Of a DNA stretch of 64,000 bases, positions 53,472-64,000 are shown piece by piece. A program made the translations under genes and the position numbers. Position 1 is the first letter of the stretch. Every line of letters starts with the position of its first letter. Below the pieces are notes generated by a model, which saw only the letters and a program-made list of their open reading frames with translations, did not search any database and had not been told where the DNA came from. This stretch comes from an uncultured Gammaproteobacteria bacterium (GTDB lineage Bacteria; Pseudomonadota; Gammaproteobacteria; SZUA-229), in assembly GCA_963759005.1 (NCBI GenBank), contig CAVWXQ010000006.1:17020-81019 (forward strand). Direction: 5' to 3'.

Positions 53472-54107
53472 CTAGAGTGCTGACATGGAGGGATGTGCTT
53501 CTAAATGGGCTGGGGTAGTTTTTATCCCACTCCATAAACTTGTAAGTAACAGGTCAATAAAATCAACTAGCGGCTTTTCTATTACACCGTCCAGTCGCAA
53601 TTGAATCATCCTTATTGCACCTCCAAATATTATTGAAGTTGCTACATATATATCGATATCTTTAAGCTCACCGTTTTTAATGGCTTGAGCGGTAATATTT
53701 CTAATTTTTATAAAAGGGGCAGCGTTACATATTAACGGTTCATCGGATAAAAAATCAGCATGCTTCGTATGAAAGACGAAGGAGATTATTTTTTTATGAG
53801 TCTCCGTATGCTCGAAGAGCTGCTTAATAATTTCCTCAAGTTGTTCTATGGGTGTATTAATATCCCTGGTGACACCATCAATCATCTCATCAACTTCATT
53901 GAGTATGTGATTATAAAGCGTCTGCGCTATTCCTTCTTTTCCTCCAAAATGTTTGTAGATTGAGCCAATACTAACATTTGCCTGTTTCTGCACCTCGTGA
54001 ATTGACACATTGTGATAGCCTTTATCAACAAAAAGGTCTAATGCAGCCGTTAATATTTTACAGTCAATCGATTCAGGAGAAGGAGCTGGTCTGTTTAGGT
54101 AAGGCAT
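53472..54107 (-). CDS. TetR-family transcriptional regulator, divergent from frmA
   Basis: N-terminal HTH (GYHNVSIHEVQKQANVSIGSIYKHF). Confidence 0.8.
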   Translation of the reverse strand: MPYLNRPAPSPESIDCKILTAALDLFVDKGYHNVSIHEVQKQANVSIGSIYKHFGGKEGIAQTLYNHILNEVDEMIDGVTRDINTPIEQLEEIIKQLFEHTETHKKIISFVFHTKHADFLSDEPLICNAAPFIKIRNITAQAIKNGELKDIDIYVATSIIFGGAIRMIQLRLDGVIEKPLVDFIDLLLTSLWSGIKTTPAHLEAHPSMSAL

Positions 54108-54474
54108 ACTGTTTATCAGGTTAAAAATAAGTTGTTAGTAGTTTCATTGTAATACACCACAAATTAATGTCTTTAGTGAATAAAAGCGTCAATATGGAGT
54201 TTTCGTCAATTCCCTGAACTTAATAACTGCTTGCTTATTATATATGCCGGTTATTTAAAATCATCGCGGATGATAAATCGGCAAGCTCTAATCCACATTC
54301 TCTCCTGTTTTAAGCCGGAAATAAAATTATAGCAGAAACAGAAACAAAAATGAACATTCATTCTGTTTTTCGTTTATAATTTATATCTCAGTAGTAAATC
54401 GCCAGTCGGACTAACCTATCCAGACGGGCTGAGTTAATTTAAAGACATTAAAAACTTGTGAGGAGTAGCAAAAA

Positions 54475-55584
54475 ATGAAAGCTAAAGCAGCCGTTGCGTG
54501 GGAAGCACAAAAACCCCTGTCTATCGAAGAAGTAGACGTTATGGGTCCTAAGGAGGGAGAAGTATTATTAAAAGTTATCGCTTCCGGGGTTTGTCATACT
54601 GACGCGTTTACACTGTCGGGTGATGATCCAGAAGGTTCTTTCCCCTGTATTTTAGGCCATGAAGGTGGCTGTGAAGTGGTTGAGCTGGGGCCCGGTGTTA
54701 AAGATTTAAAAGTTGGGGACCATGTTATCCCACTGTATATCGCCGAGTGTGGGGATTGTGAATATTGTAATTCAACTAAGTCTAACCTTTGTCAGACTAT
54801 CGCTCCAACTATCTGGACGGGTTATATGCCTGATGGCACGCGCCGATTCTCTCAGAATGGTAAGGATATTTTCCACTATATGGGGTGTTCAACCTTTTCT
54901 GAATACACCGTAGTCCCTGAAATCGCATTGGCAAAAATTAATAAGGCAGCACCACTTGATAAAGTGTGTTTGTTAGGTTGTGGCGTGACCACGGGCATTG
55001 GCGCAGTACTCAATACTGCCAAGGTAGAGCCAGGATCAACGGTTGCAGTCTTTGGCCTGGGTGGCATTGGCCTGGCATGTATTCAGGGTGCTGTAATGGC
55101 GGGGGCAGAGCGCATTATCGGTATCGATATTAACCCCGATAAGTTTGAGTTTGCAAAACAACTGGGGGCTACAGATTTTGTTAATCCCAAGGATCTTGAA
55201 GGCTCATTTGTTGAATACATGCAGGATACCTTTAACGGCGGCCCTGATTACTCCTTTGAATGTATTGGTAATATTCATGTTATGCGTGATGCACTGGAGT
55301 GTACACACATGGGCTGGGGCGTTTCTACGGTGATTGGTGTAGCCGGTGCGGGTCAGGAAATTTCAACACGTCCGTTTAACCTTGTGGTTGGCCGCACCTG
55401 GAAAGGTTCAGCATTTGGTGGCGTAAAAGGTCGCACAGAACTACCGGGATATGTTGATCGTTATATGGCAGGCGAGATTGAACTGGATGGTTTTGTAACA
55501 CATACCATGCCTTTGGAAGACATCAATAGAGCATTTGACTTAATGCATAGTGGCGAAAGTATTCGTTCCGTCATTATCTTTTAA
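54475..55584 (+). CDS. frmA: S-(hydroxymethyl)glutathione dehydrogenase (class III alcohol dehydrogenase)
   Basis: GVCHTD, GHEGG and GLGGIGL motifs; 369 aa. Confidence 0.9.
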   Translation: MKAKAAVAWEAQKPLSIEEVDVMGPKEGEVLLKVIASGVCHTDAFTLSGDDPEGSFPCILGHEGGCEVVELGPGVKDLKVGDHVIPLYIAECGDCEYCNSTKSNLCQTIAPTIWTGYMPDGTRRFSQNGKDIFHYMGCSTFSEYTVVPEIALAKINKAAPLDKVCLLGCGVTTGIGAVLNTAKVEPGSTVAVFGLGGIGLACIQGAVMAGAERIIGIDINPDKFEFAKQLGATDFVNPKDLEGSFVEYMQDTFNGGPDYSFECIGNIHVMRDALECTHMGWGVSTVIGVAGAGQEISTRPFNLVVGRTWKGSAFGGVKGRTELPGYVDRYMAGEIELDGFVTHTMPLEDINRAFDLMHSGESIRSVIIF

Positions 55585-55739
55585 GTAAGGCCATAAACAC
55601 GTATTCTGCAAGTAGTTACATTCTGTCTGTGTATCTACTTGCAGATCAGGTAAGCGAGATAAATACCTCAGCGTATGGTGAAAAAAGGGCTGTATTTATA
55701 TAAAAAACATCATGTACATTTAATATTTTTGGGAAAACA

Positions 55740-56588
55740 ATGACTATTCAACAAATTGAAAGCATTAAAGAATTTGGCGGCTTGCTTAATCGCTATACAC
55801 ATCAGTCCACAGTACTGAATTGTGAAATGACCTTTTCTGTTTATCTGCCGCCGCAGGCAGAAAAAGGCAATGTACCTGCTTTATACTGGTTATCTGGTTT
55901 GACCTGTACTGACGATAATGCACGTACCAAAGCTGGTGCACAGCGTTATGCAGCAGAGCAGGGTATTGCATTAGTATTCCCTGACACGAGTCCGCGTGGT
56001 GATGATGTAGCCGATGAGCCAGACCGCTATGACCTGGGTAAAGGCGCAGGATTTTATGTTAATGCTGTGCAGGCTCCCTGGGTTAATCATTATCAGATGT
56101 ATGACTATGTGACTAAAGAATTACCTGCATTAGTGGAAGCTGATCTGCCGTTAATTCCAGGTCTTAAGTCGGTTTCTGGCCACTCCATGGGCGGCCATGG
56201 TGCATTAATCTGTGCACTTAAAAATCCGGATGCCTACAAATCTGTCTCTGCATTTTCACCCATTTGTAACCCTATCAACTGTGGTTGGGGCAAAGGCTGT
56301 TTTGGAGCTTATTTAGGAGACGATACAAAAACATGGCAGGCTTATGATGCGACGGCTCTGGTTGAGTCGGGTGCAAAAGTTGCTGATATATTAATCGATC
56401 AGGGTTTGGCTGATGAGTTTTATGATGAGAAACAGTTGTTATCCGAAAACTTCCAGGCCGCCTGTGATAAAGCAGGACAAGCCGTAACGATTCGACTGCA
56501 GGAAGGCTATGACCATAGCTATCATTTTATAGCGACATTTATTGGTGAGCATATTGCCTATCATGCAAAGGCATTGAAAAGTTCCTGA
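55740..56588 (+). CDS. frmB: S-formylglutathione hydrolase (esterase D)
   Basis: GHSMGGHGA nucleophile elbow; 282 aa. Confidence 0.9.
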   Translation: MTIQQIESIKEFGGLLNRYTHQSTVLNCEMTFSVYLPPQAEKGNVPALYWLSGLTCTDDNARTKAGAQRYAAEQGIALVFPDTSPRGDDVADEPDRYDLGKGAGFYVNAVQAPWVNHYQMYDYVTKELPALVEADLPLIPGLKSVSGHSMGGHGALICALKNPDAYKSVSAFSPICNPINCGWGKGCFGAYLGDDTKTWQAYDATALVESGAKVADILIDQGLADEFYDEKQLLSENFQAACDKAGQAVTIRLQEGYDHSYHFIATFIGEHIAYHAKALKSS

Positions 56589-56639
56589 GAAACCTTAGCT
56601 GAATCATTTATTTATGAACATTTACTATGAAAGGTTCTA

Positions 56640-58314
56640 AAAAAACAAACATAAGTATTTTTCAAGAGGTCGTCGAGTCGATGCTCAATCGCTACAGGTA
56701 GTAAATGACCTGCTGGGCACTCAAGCGCTACAGCGTGATTTATTAATCGAATACCTGCATCAGATCCAGGATAAGTTTAAGCATTTATCTGCTAATCATT
56801 TAACGGCATTAGCTGATTTAATGAAGATTTCTGTAGTGGAAGTCTATGAGGTTGCCAGTTTTTATCACCATTTTGATGTCATTGATGAAAATGAATCCGC
56901 TCCCCCGGCATTGACTATTCGTGTATGTGATTCCATCACCTGCCAGATGAAGGGAGCCGATGAATTAATACAGGCCCTGGAAAGTGATAATAACAATACT
57001 GTCAGGATTCAGCGCGTACCTTGTGTGGGCCGTTGTGATAAAGCTCCCATTGCCGTTGTTGGTAAGAATCCTGTTGAGTCGGCTGATTTGGAAAAAATAA
57101 AAGCCGTCATTTCGAGCAATTTTTATGAGGCGCCAGTTCCTGCTGTATCTGATAATGAGAAATTACAGGGGCAGAGTGCATATGCTTTTATTACCCGCTT
57201 ACAAAAGGACTTTGATGATGCAAAGAAAGAAAGCATTATCAGTGAACTGGAATCGTCAAATCTAAGAGGACTGGGTGGAGCGGGTTTTCCAGTGGGTCAA
57301 AAATGGCGCATTGTGAGTGCGCAATCGGCACCACGGACAATGGCGGTCAATATCGATGAAGGTGAACCGGGAACCTTTAAAGACCTGCATTACCTGGAAA
57401 CTGACCGCATGTCGATTTCTGGAAGGTATGCTGATTGCGGCGTTAACGGTGGGCATTGATGTGATCTATATTTATCTGCGCGATGAATATCCTGCCTGTC
57501 ATGAAATGCTGCAAACAGAGCTGAATAAACTACGCGCCGCCCCTCCATACAGGTTGCCTGAAATTCATCTGCGCCGTGGTGCGGGTGCTTATATTTGCGG
57601 CGAAGAATCGGCAATGATTGAGTCCATCGAAGGCAAACGCGGCATGCCGCGCTTGCGTCCACCTTATGTGGCCGAGCGCGGTGTGTTCGGCCGGCCCACG
57701 CTGGTACATAATATGGAAACACTCTGCTGGGTACGCGACATAGTCGCAACAGGGAATAGACTGGTTTACTTCGCAGGGTCGTCATGGTCGCAACGGGCTT
57801 ACGTTCATTTTCAGTCAGTGGTCGTGTTAATAAACCGGGAGTATATTTAGCACCCGCAGGAATTACCCTGCAGGAGCTGGTAGATGAATACTGTGGTGGC
57901 ATGCAGCACGGACATAAGCTGTATGGCTATCTGCCTGGAGGTGCTTCAGGCGGTATTTTGCCCGCAAGTATGGCGAATATCCCACTTGACTTTGATACCT
58001 TAAGTGAACACGGTTGCTTCATCGGTTCAGCGGCGGTAATCGTGTTTTCAGAGGCCGATTCAGCACGACAAATTGCACTCAATGCCATGCAGTTTTTTGA
58101 GCATGAATCCTGTGGTCAGTGCACACCCTGCCGGGTAGGTACAGCAAAAGCCGTAAAGTTGATGCAGCAGGAGGTGTGGGATACAGAGCTGATGCAGGCG
58201 TTATCGACGGTGATGCAAGATGCGTCTATTTGCGGGCTTGGTCAGGCGGCACCAAACCCGATGGATTGTGTAATCAGGTACTTCCCTGAAGAAATCGGCG
58301 GGAACAAATCATGA
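56640..58314 (+). pseudogene. NAD-dependent formate dehydrogenase NuoE-like/NuoF-like (FdsG/FdsB) coding region, broken by at least three frameshifts
   Basis: NuoE-like CDSITC...VGRCDKAP, then NuoF-like GLGGAGFPVGQKW, FLEGMLIAA and CGQCTPCR, spread over three frames (56821.., 57317.., 57784..). There is also an upstream shift near 56700. Confidence 0.7.
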
Positions 58315-61031
58315 GTATCAAATTCAGCCTGAATGGCGAAACCATAAACGCCAAAGAAAACGAGACCATATTTAATGCAGCGCACCGACATGGCGTAGAA
58401 ATCCCGCATTTGTGCTACCGGTAAGACCTGGGCGAAGTCAGGAAACTGTCGATCCTGTATGGTAGAGATTGAAGGTGAACGCGTACTTGCGCCTTCCTGT
58501 TGTCGCAAACCCGCCGCTGACATGAAAGTTCATAGCAATAATGAACGTGTCTTAAAGGCGCAGAGAATGGTGCTGGAATTATTACAATCCGATATGCCTG
58601 CAAACGGTCTACACGCCTGACAATGAATTACAGCAATGGGCGGATAAATTAGGCGTTAAGGCATCTCGTTTTGAGGCTCGAACTGAATAAAGTGGCCAGG
58701 GATGAATCTCATCCAGCGATGACAGTAAATCTCGATGCCTGTATTCACTGCACTCGCTGTTTACGCGCCTGTCGTGATATACAGGTCTATGACATTATTG
58801 GGCTTGCCAAACGTGGCTCTAGAACCAAAGTTGTTTTTGACCTTGATGATGTCATGGGTAAGAGTGCCTGTGTGGGCTGTGGTGAATGTGTACAGGCCTG
58901 TCCAACGGGTGCACTCATGCCAGCGGGTGGTGTTGGCCTGATTGAACCAGATAAAACCGTAGACTCGGTTTGTCCCTATTGTGGTGTGGGTTGCCTGCTT
59001 AACTATCATGTGAAAGACAATAAAATTCTTCACGTGAAGGGACGAAACGGTCCAGCAAATAAAGGGCGTCTGTGTGTAAAAGGTCGCTTCGGTTTTGACT
59101 ATATCCACCACCCTGAACGTTTAACAAAACCATTGATTCGCCGCAGTGATGTGCCAAAGTCTGCCGAGCTGGATTTTGACCCAGCCAATCCATTGGCAAT
59201 ATTTCGTGAAGCTAGCTGGGATGAGGCACTGGACTTTGCTGCACAGGGTTTAACAAAAATAATTAAAAATGACGGCAAATATGCACTGGCCGGTTTAGGT
59301 TCCGCCAAAGGCAGTAGTGAAGAAGCTTATTTATTTCAGAAACTAATTCGATTAGGCTTTGGCACGAATAATGTAGATCACTGTACTCGCCTGTGTCATG
59401 CCTCTTCGGTAACAGCGCTACTGGAAGGCCTTGGTTCGGGAGCGGTATCCAACTCAATGGCCGATGTTTGTCATTCTGATGTCATTATTATTATCGGTGC
59501 CAACCCGACGGTGAATCATCCTGTCGGTGCGACATGGATGAAAAATGCGATTAAGAATGGTACCAGGCTTATTTTGATGGACCCCCGGGGTTCTGAGCTT
59601 ATTCGACATGCCACCCATTTTGTGCGATTTAAACCCGCCTCTGATGTTGCCTTGCTCAATGCCATGATGAATGTCATCGTAACAGAAGGACTTGTTGACC
59701 AGAATTATATCGATTTTCACACCGAACAATACGACCAGCTCAGCTTGCACTTGCAGCCTTATACACCAGAGGCTATGGAAGATATTTGCGGTGTGACGGC
59801 AAAGCAAATTCGAGAAACTGCACGTCTTTTTGCAACCGCTAACAACGCGATGATTCTATGGGGTATGGGGATATCGCAACATGTTCATGGCACTGACAAT
59901 GCGCGTTGCCTGATTTCCTTATGTTTGATTACGGGACAGATTGGTCGTCCTGGTACGGGACTTCATCCTCTGCGCGGGCAAAATAATGTGCAGGGCGCAT
60001 CAGATGTGGGATTAATTCCAATGGTTTTCCCCGATTATCAACCAGTGGATGATCCTGCTGTACAAAAGCGATTTACTCAGTTATGGAATGTAAATGTGCT
60101 GGACAATAAAGCGGGGCTAACCACCGTCGAGATGATGAATCACGCCTACGAAGGCTTGATTAAGGGCATGTATATTGAAGGCGAAAACCCGGCTATGTCA
60201 GACCCTGATGTACTTCATGCGCGAACTGCGCTGGCAAAGTTGGAGCATCTGGTGGTACAGGATTTATTTCTCACCGAAACGGCTTTTTATGCTGATGTTG
60301 TATTGCCAGCTGCAGCAAATCCGGAAAAGACCGGCACCTATATCAATTCTGACCGTAGTGTGCAGATGGGTCGGCAGGCGGTTACACCACCGGGTGATGC
60401 ACAACAGGATTGGTGGATTATTCAGGAAATAGCCTGTCGCTTAGGTCTGGACTGGACATATTCAGGACCTGAAGAGATTTTTAATGAAATGCGGCTGGCG
60501 ATGGATTCAATAGCAGGAATAACATGGTCGCGTTTGGAGCAGGAAAGTGTCACCTACCCTTGCCATGAAGAAGGTGACCCCGGTGAGCCGATAATCTTTA
60601 AAGATGGCTACCCAACTCCGTCAGGGCGAGCAAAACTTGTACCAGCAGATATTGTGCCGCCCGATGAGGTACCTGATGAAGACTACCCCTTTATTTTAAT
60701 TACCGGAAGGCAATTAGAGCATTGGCACACAGGCAGCATGACGCGTCGTGCAACCGTGTTAGATGCATTAGAGCCTGAGCCCTGGATCGCTGTGAATGTA
60801 CGAGATGCATTGACTCTGGGACTGGAAGAAGATGATTTTTTGTCGTTGCAAACCCGTCGTGGTCAGCTTAAGGCAAAAGTTAGATTGAGTGATAACTCGC
60901 CTGCTGGTACTGTTTTCATGCCGTTTTGTTATTTTGAGGCAGCTGCTAATGTGCTGACAAATGCCGCGCTTGACCCGCAGGCAAAAATTGCTGAGGTAAA
61001 GTATTGTGCTGTTCGACTGTCGCCATCTTAG
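58312..61031 (+). pseudogene. NAD-dependent formate dehydrogenase alpha subunit (FdsA-like, molybdopterin), with four frameshifts in the N-terminal 400 bp
   Basis: N-terminal 2Fe-2S region MSIKFSLNGETI..LCY / GNCRSCMVEIEGER / ELQQWADKLGVKASRF in different frames. An intact 786-aa remainder runs from 58671 with CIHCTRCLRAC, CVGCGECVQACP and molybdopterin domains. Confidence 0.75.
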
Positions 61032-61169
61032 GGCCAGGGCAATAATCTCGAGAGGTTTTAGTTTGTTATTATCTACAGAAAAATTTCTACTGATAAATTA
61101 CAAGCTTGTAGTTCTGGCATTTCTCTTTGTTATTCTGCTATCAAGCATAAAGTGTTATAGCTGATTCCT

Positions 61170-61866
61170 TATCCATTTTACAGGCCAAATTCACAGAATC
61201 TGCCTCTGTTACTGCGTTAGGTCAAGCCGCAGTTCAATCTGCAGTTATAGCGAAACAGTCACCCGCAGATTTCAGTGGCGCCAATACGCAGGAAGATAGT
61301 CATGATATGTGGCTAGCATTGAGGGAACAGTACTTTTTGCATAGACCGATTATGGAAAGTGAAAATAATCGTATTTGAATACACGCGCCTGGCAGGGCTG
61401 AAAACGATGCTTTAGTTCCTGTTCTAATTGAACTTAAGGAAAATACTATAAATTCAGTCGACCCCTTTCAAAAAGTTTACCTGATTGTCGATGCAAATCC
61501 AGTTCCGCTAGGTGGATTGTTTACTCTATAAAACGCATGGGTAAAATACGTTTCAAACAGATTGAGTACGACACCAGCAGGCGTTCACAAAGCTTATGAT
61601 TGATTGTTTCGCACCCGAATAATACCGGTATGCAAAGGGATCAGCTCAGCACCTTGATTATCCCTGAACACTATGTGACAAATGTTAAAGTTACTTTTAA
61701 TAAGGAGCTTGTGTTAGCAGCAGATACTAGCTTCACACTCAGTGAAAACCCAAATTTTACATTCACTATCGACCCTGAAGAATCAGGTATCCTTCGCGCT
61801 GACCTCACCGATAATCTGGATAACTTTTTTAGCCTTGAAACTTATATAAATGGGCATACAGAATAG
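61170..61866 (+). pseudogene. SoxYZ-like sulfur-carrier remnant split over three or more frames
   Basis: A SoxZ-like C-terminal ORF runs 61600..61866 (IIPEHYVTNVKVTFNKELV...). Upstream pieces sit in other frames with internal stops. Confidence 0.4.
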
Positions 61867-62285
61867 AAAGCTTAAAAGATAGGGCAGGCTGAGTTTCAAT
61901 TTATAACTATAGCTTGCTTTGCGGTTTTTAGTCATAAGTCTGCCAGACCTAAGCCAGGCAAGAAATCAGTGCGTGTACTGCCATGGGTTAATCCGACAGT
62001 ACACGCCTGTTAAGACAAACCAGGTTATCTATTTTACGCCAATGCGCCAGATGCTTTAGCGGTATGCGTAGCGATAGTATCCATCAGTGGAGGGGATAAA
62101 CAGTCATATGTTATCAATGACTTAAAGTAAATATTAACAAGAAATGCTCATGCAGCAAACTAGTAACTAATCACTAACAATGAGAATGGTCGTGTGACAT
62201 AGGATATTTACTCTGCTTAAACTGTTAATGAATCGGCGATATAGCGATGATAGTTAACTTGATTATTGTGTTTATAGGCAAAACA

Positions 62286-62927
62286 TTAGACCTTTTTCGG
62301 CGGGTATTGCTGCCAGTAATAAATCAGCAGAAAACCAAATAACATACCACCCAAATGGGCGAAGTGTGCAACCCCCGCTTCGGTACCGGTGACCCCAAAT
62401 ATCAGCTCAACCAGACCGTAAATTATCACAAACCATTTCGCCTTAATTGGCATAGGGGGAATCAGCAGTAACAATATCTGGTTAGGGAAGAACAAACCAA
62501 ATGCCAGCAATACGCCAAACACACCGCCACTGGCACCGATGGTCGGGTAATAATGACCCATCATATCAGCTACTATTAATTGTGTCAGCGCTGCACCCAG
62601 GACACAAAAAAAATAATAAATTGCAAATGTTCTTGAACCCCACAAATTTTCTAAGGCCATGCCAAATAACCAAAGAGCGTACATGTTTAGAAAAAGATGC
62701 GTCACACTGCCATGCAGGAAGGCGTAACTGATTAACTGCCAGAGCATGAACTCATGCATTTGCTGGCCTGGTGTCAGCACAGGGTTAGCAGTCGGCGGCC
62801 AGAGTGCAAAATTACCCAGTAAGGTATTAGCATACGATGTCTCAAGTAAAAAAATAATGCTATTGGTAATCAGTAATAGTTTTATCACTGGTGGTAGCAT
62901 TGAATAATGATGTTTTATCGCGGCCAT
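62286..62927 (-). CDS. Rhomboid-family intramembrane serine protease
   Basis: GASGGVFG catalytic Ser motif and a His in the AHLGGMLFG TM segment. Confidence 0.75.
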   Translation of the reverse strand: MAAIKHHYSMLPPVIKLLLITNSIIFLLETSYANTLLGNFALWPPTANPVLTPGQQMHEFMLWQLISYAFLHGSVTHLFLNMYALWLFGMALENLWGSRTFAIYYFFCVLGAALTQLIVADMMGHYYPTIGASGGVFGVLLAFGLFFPNQILLLLIPPMPIKAKWFVIIYGLVELIFGVTGTEAGVAHFAHLGGMLFGFLLIYYWQQYPPKKV

Positions 62928-63377
62928 TAGATCAGTTTGAACGATGTGAACATTTGCGACAGAACAATGGGAGCATATAAATATAAGCTGGTCCAGTAAA
63001 CAAGATGATGGTCATCAATACGAGTCGATGGACGTGTAATACAGCGAAGTCGTTTTTGCATTTTTCCGATTTCTTCAGCTTTAAAAATTATAAGTTACTC
63101 AACATTCTTATTTTCGATCAGGTATTCAGGTCTAAAAGAGGAACAAAGATGCTTCTTCCGCCGCTGAGCTGACCCATTCCAGTTCATTTCCCATAATCGT
63201 TGTCAAAAAAACTGACATAAATAAATATGCCATCCCAACTGTCTGTTATCAGGCTTTTTATTATATAAGAATTTAGTCATGTAGATGCACTATCCTGCTT
63301 ATGATGTGTAACAATTCTGTTATTATATGCGGTTATATGTATCAAAAATTGTTCTTCGGTGAAACAGAATAGATTAT

Positions 63378-64000
63378 ATGAGTAGTTCATTTTTACCACT
63401 TTCAAAGCCTTCTATAGCTGAAGATGAGATAAATGCAGTTGCGGACGTTCTGCGTTCGGGCTGGATAACGACCGGTGCGAAAAATGCAGAGCTCGAGCGA
63501 CTTGTGTGTGAGATCACCGGTGCCAGGTATGCAGTCGCATTGTCTTCTGCTACCGCCGGTATGCATTTATGTCTTAAAGCGCTGAATATTGGCCCCGGTG
63601 ACGAGGTGATTACACCTTCGATGACCTGGGTATCAACGGCCAACCAGATAGAATTATGTGGCGCTACACCGGTATTTAGCGATATTAATCGTGATACCCT
63701 GATGGTTGAGGCAAAGATGATTGAGCCTTTGATTACTGAGCGGACTCGACTGATTGTGCCGGTTCATTATGCTGGTGCTGCACTGGACCTGGATGCTTTA
63801 CGTGCACTTGCTGAACGTCATGCAATACCGCTGGTTGAGGATGCCGCACATGCTATGGGCACAAGCTATAAAAATCAACCGATCGCGCAATCGGGGACAG
63901 CAATTTTTTCATTTCATCCGATTAAAAATATTACCACCGGTGAAGGTGGTATGTTCTGCACCGATGATGCCGGACTGGCTGAAAAAATTCGTCAGTTACG
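63378..64000 (+). CDS. arnB: UDP-4-amino-4-deoxy-L-arabinose--oxoglutarate aminotransferase-like (DegT/ArnB family), 5' partial running off the window end
   Basis: [45 protein letters not shown]. It matches ArnB-type sequences closely along the whole visible length and is absent from the ORF track because it is open-ended. Confidence 0.8.
   Translation, partial: MSSSFLPLSKPSIAEDEINAVADVLRSGWITTGAKNAELERLVCEITGARYAVALSSATAGMHLCLKALNIGPGDEVITPSMTWVSTANQIELCGATPVFSDINRDTLMVEAKMIEPLITERTRLIVPVHYAGAALDLDALRALAERHAIPLVEDAAHAMGTSYKNQPIAQSGTAIFSFHPIKNITTGEGGMFCTDDAGLAEKIRQL

Noticed and set aside
57390-57902. 170-aa minus-strand ORF inside the fdsB region.
   Set aside because: It is antisense to strongly conserved NuoF-like coding sequence and has no independent support.
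63374-63643. 89-aa minus-strand ORF.
   Set aside because: It lies antisense inside the clearly recognisable arnB-like aminotransferase 5' region.

Overview
This is an AT-rich (about 40% GC) gammaproteobacterial chromosomal segment. A Pseudomonas-like housekeeping core (pyrG-kdsA-eno-ftsB-ispD-ispF, nagZ, hpt, mtnP) is interleaved with accessory material. The accessory content includes a RAYT (REP-associated Y1) transposase, an IS1380-family insertion sequence, a MITE with 19-bp terminal inverted repeats, and at least four families of small mosaic interspersed or tandem repeats. It also includes a NapC/NirT-family multihaem cytochrome with a C-terminal extension, and a complete phosphate-uptake regulon (pstC-pstA-pstB-phoU-phoB-phoR-pstS) with Pho-box-like sites and a phosphate-porin remnant. 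A roughly 1000-aa secreted protein fuses thrombospondin-type-3-like Cys/Asp repeats to a C-terminal nonahaem cytochrome c domain; its gene is broken by three frameshifts and sits behind a 1.4-kb AT-rich leader with three roughly 135-bp tandem repeats. There is a molybdenum-cofactor set (moaA, moaB, moeA), a proteobacterial dedicated sortase system (sortase, VIT-vWA target, response regulator and histidine kinase, plus OmpA-like and DUF4258-like genes), a glutathione-dependent formaldehyde detoxification pair (frmA-frmB behind a TetR regulator), and a heavily frameshifted NAD-dependent formate dehydrogenase locus with a SoxYZ-like remnant. A partial arnB-like aminotransferase lies at the 3' edge. 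No rRNA, tRNA or CRISPR array was recognised. Frameshifts cluster in specific loci (the cytochrome fusion, the tlpA paralogue, moaA, fds and soxYZ) while long neighbouring genes are intact. This favours real gene decay over uniform sequencing error, but homopolymer error cannot be excluded from sequence alone. The organism is probably a sulfur- or C1-associated gammaproteobacterium, based on the DsrE-like gene, multihaem cytochromes and frmAB; this is low confidence.
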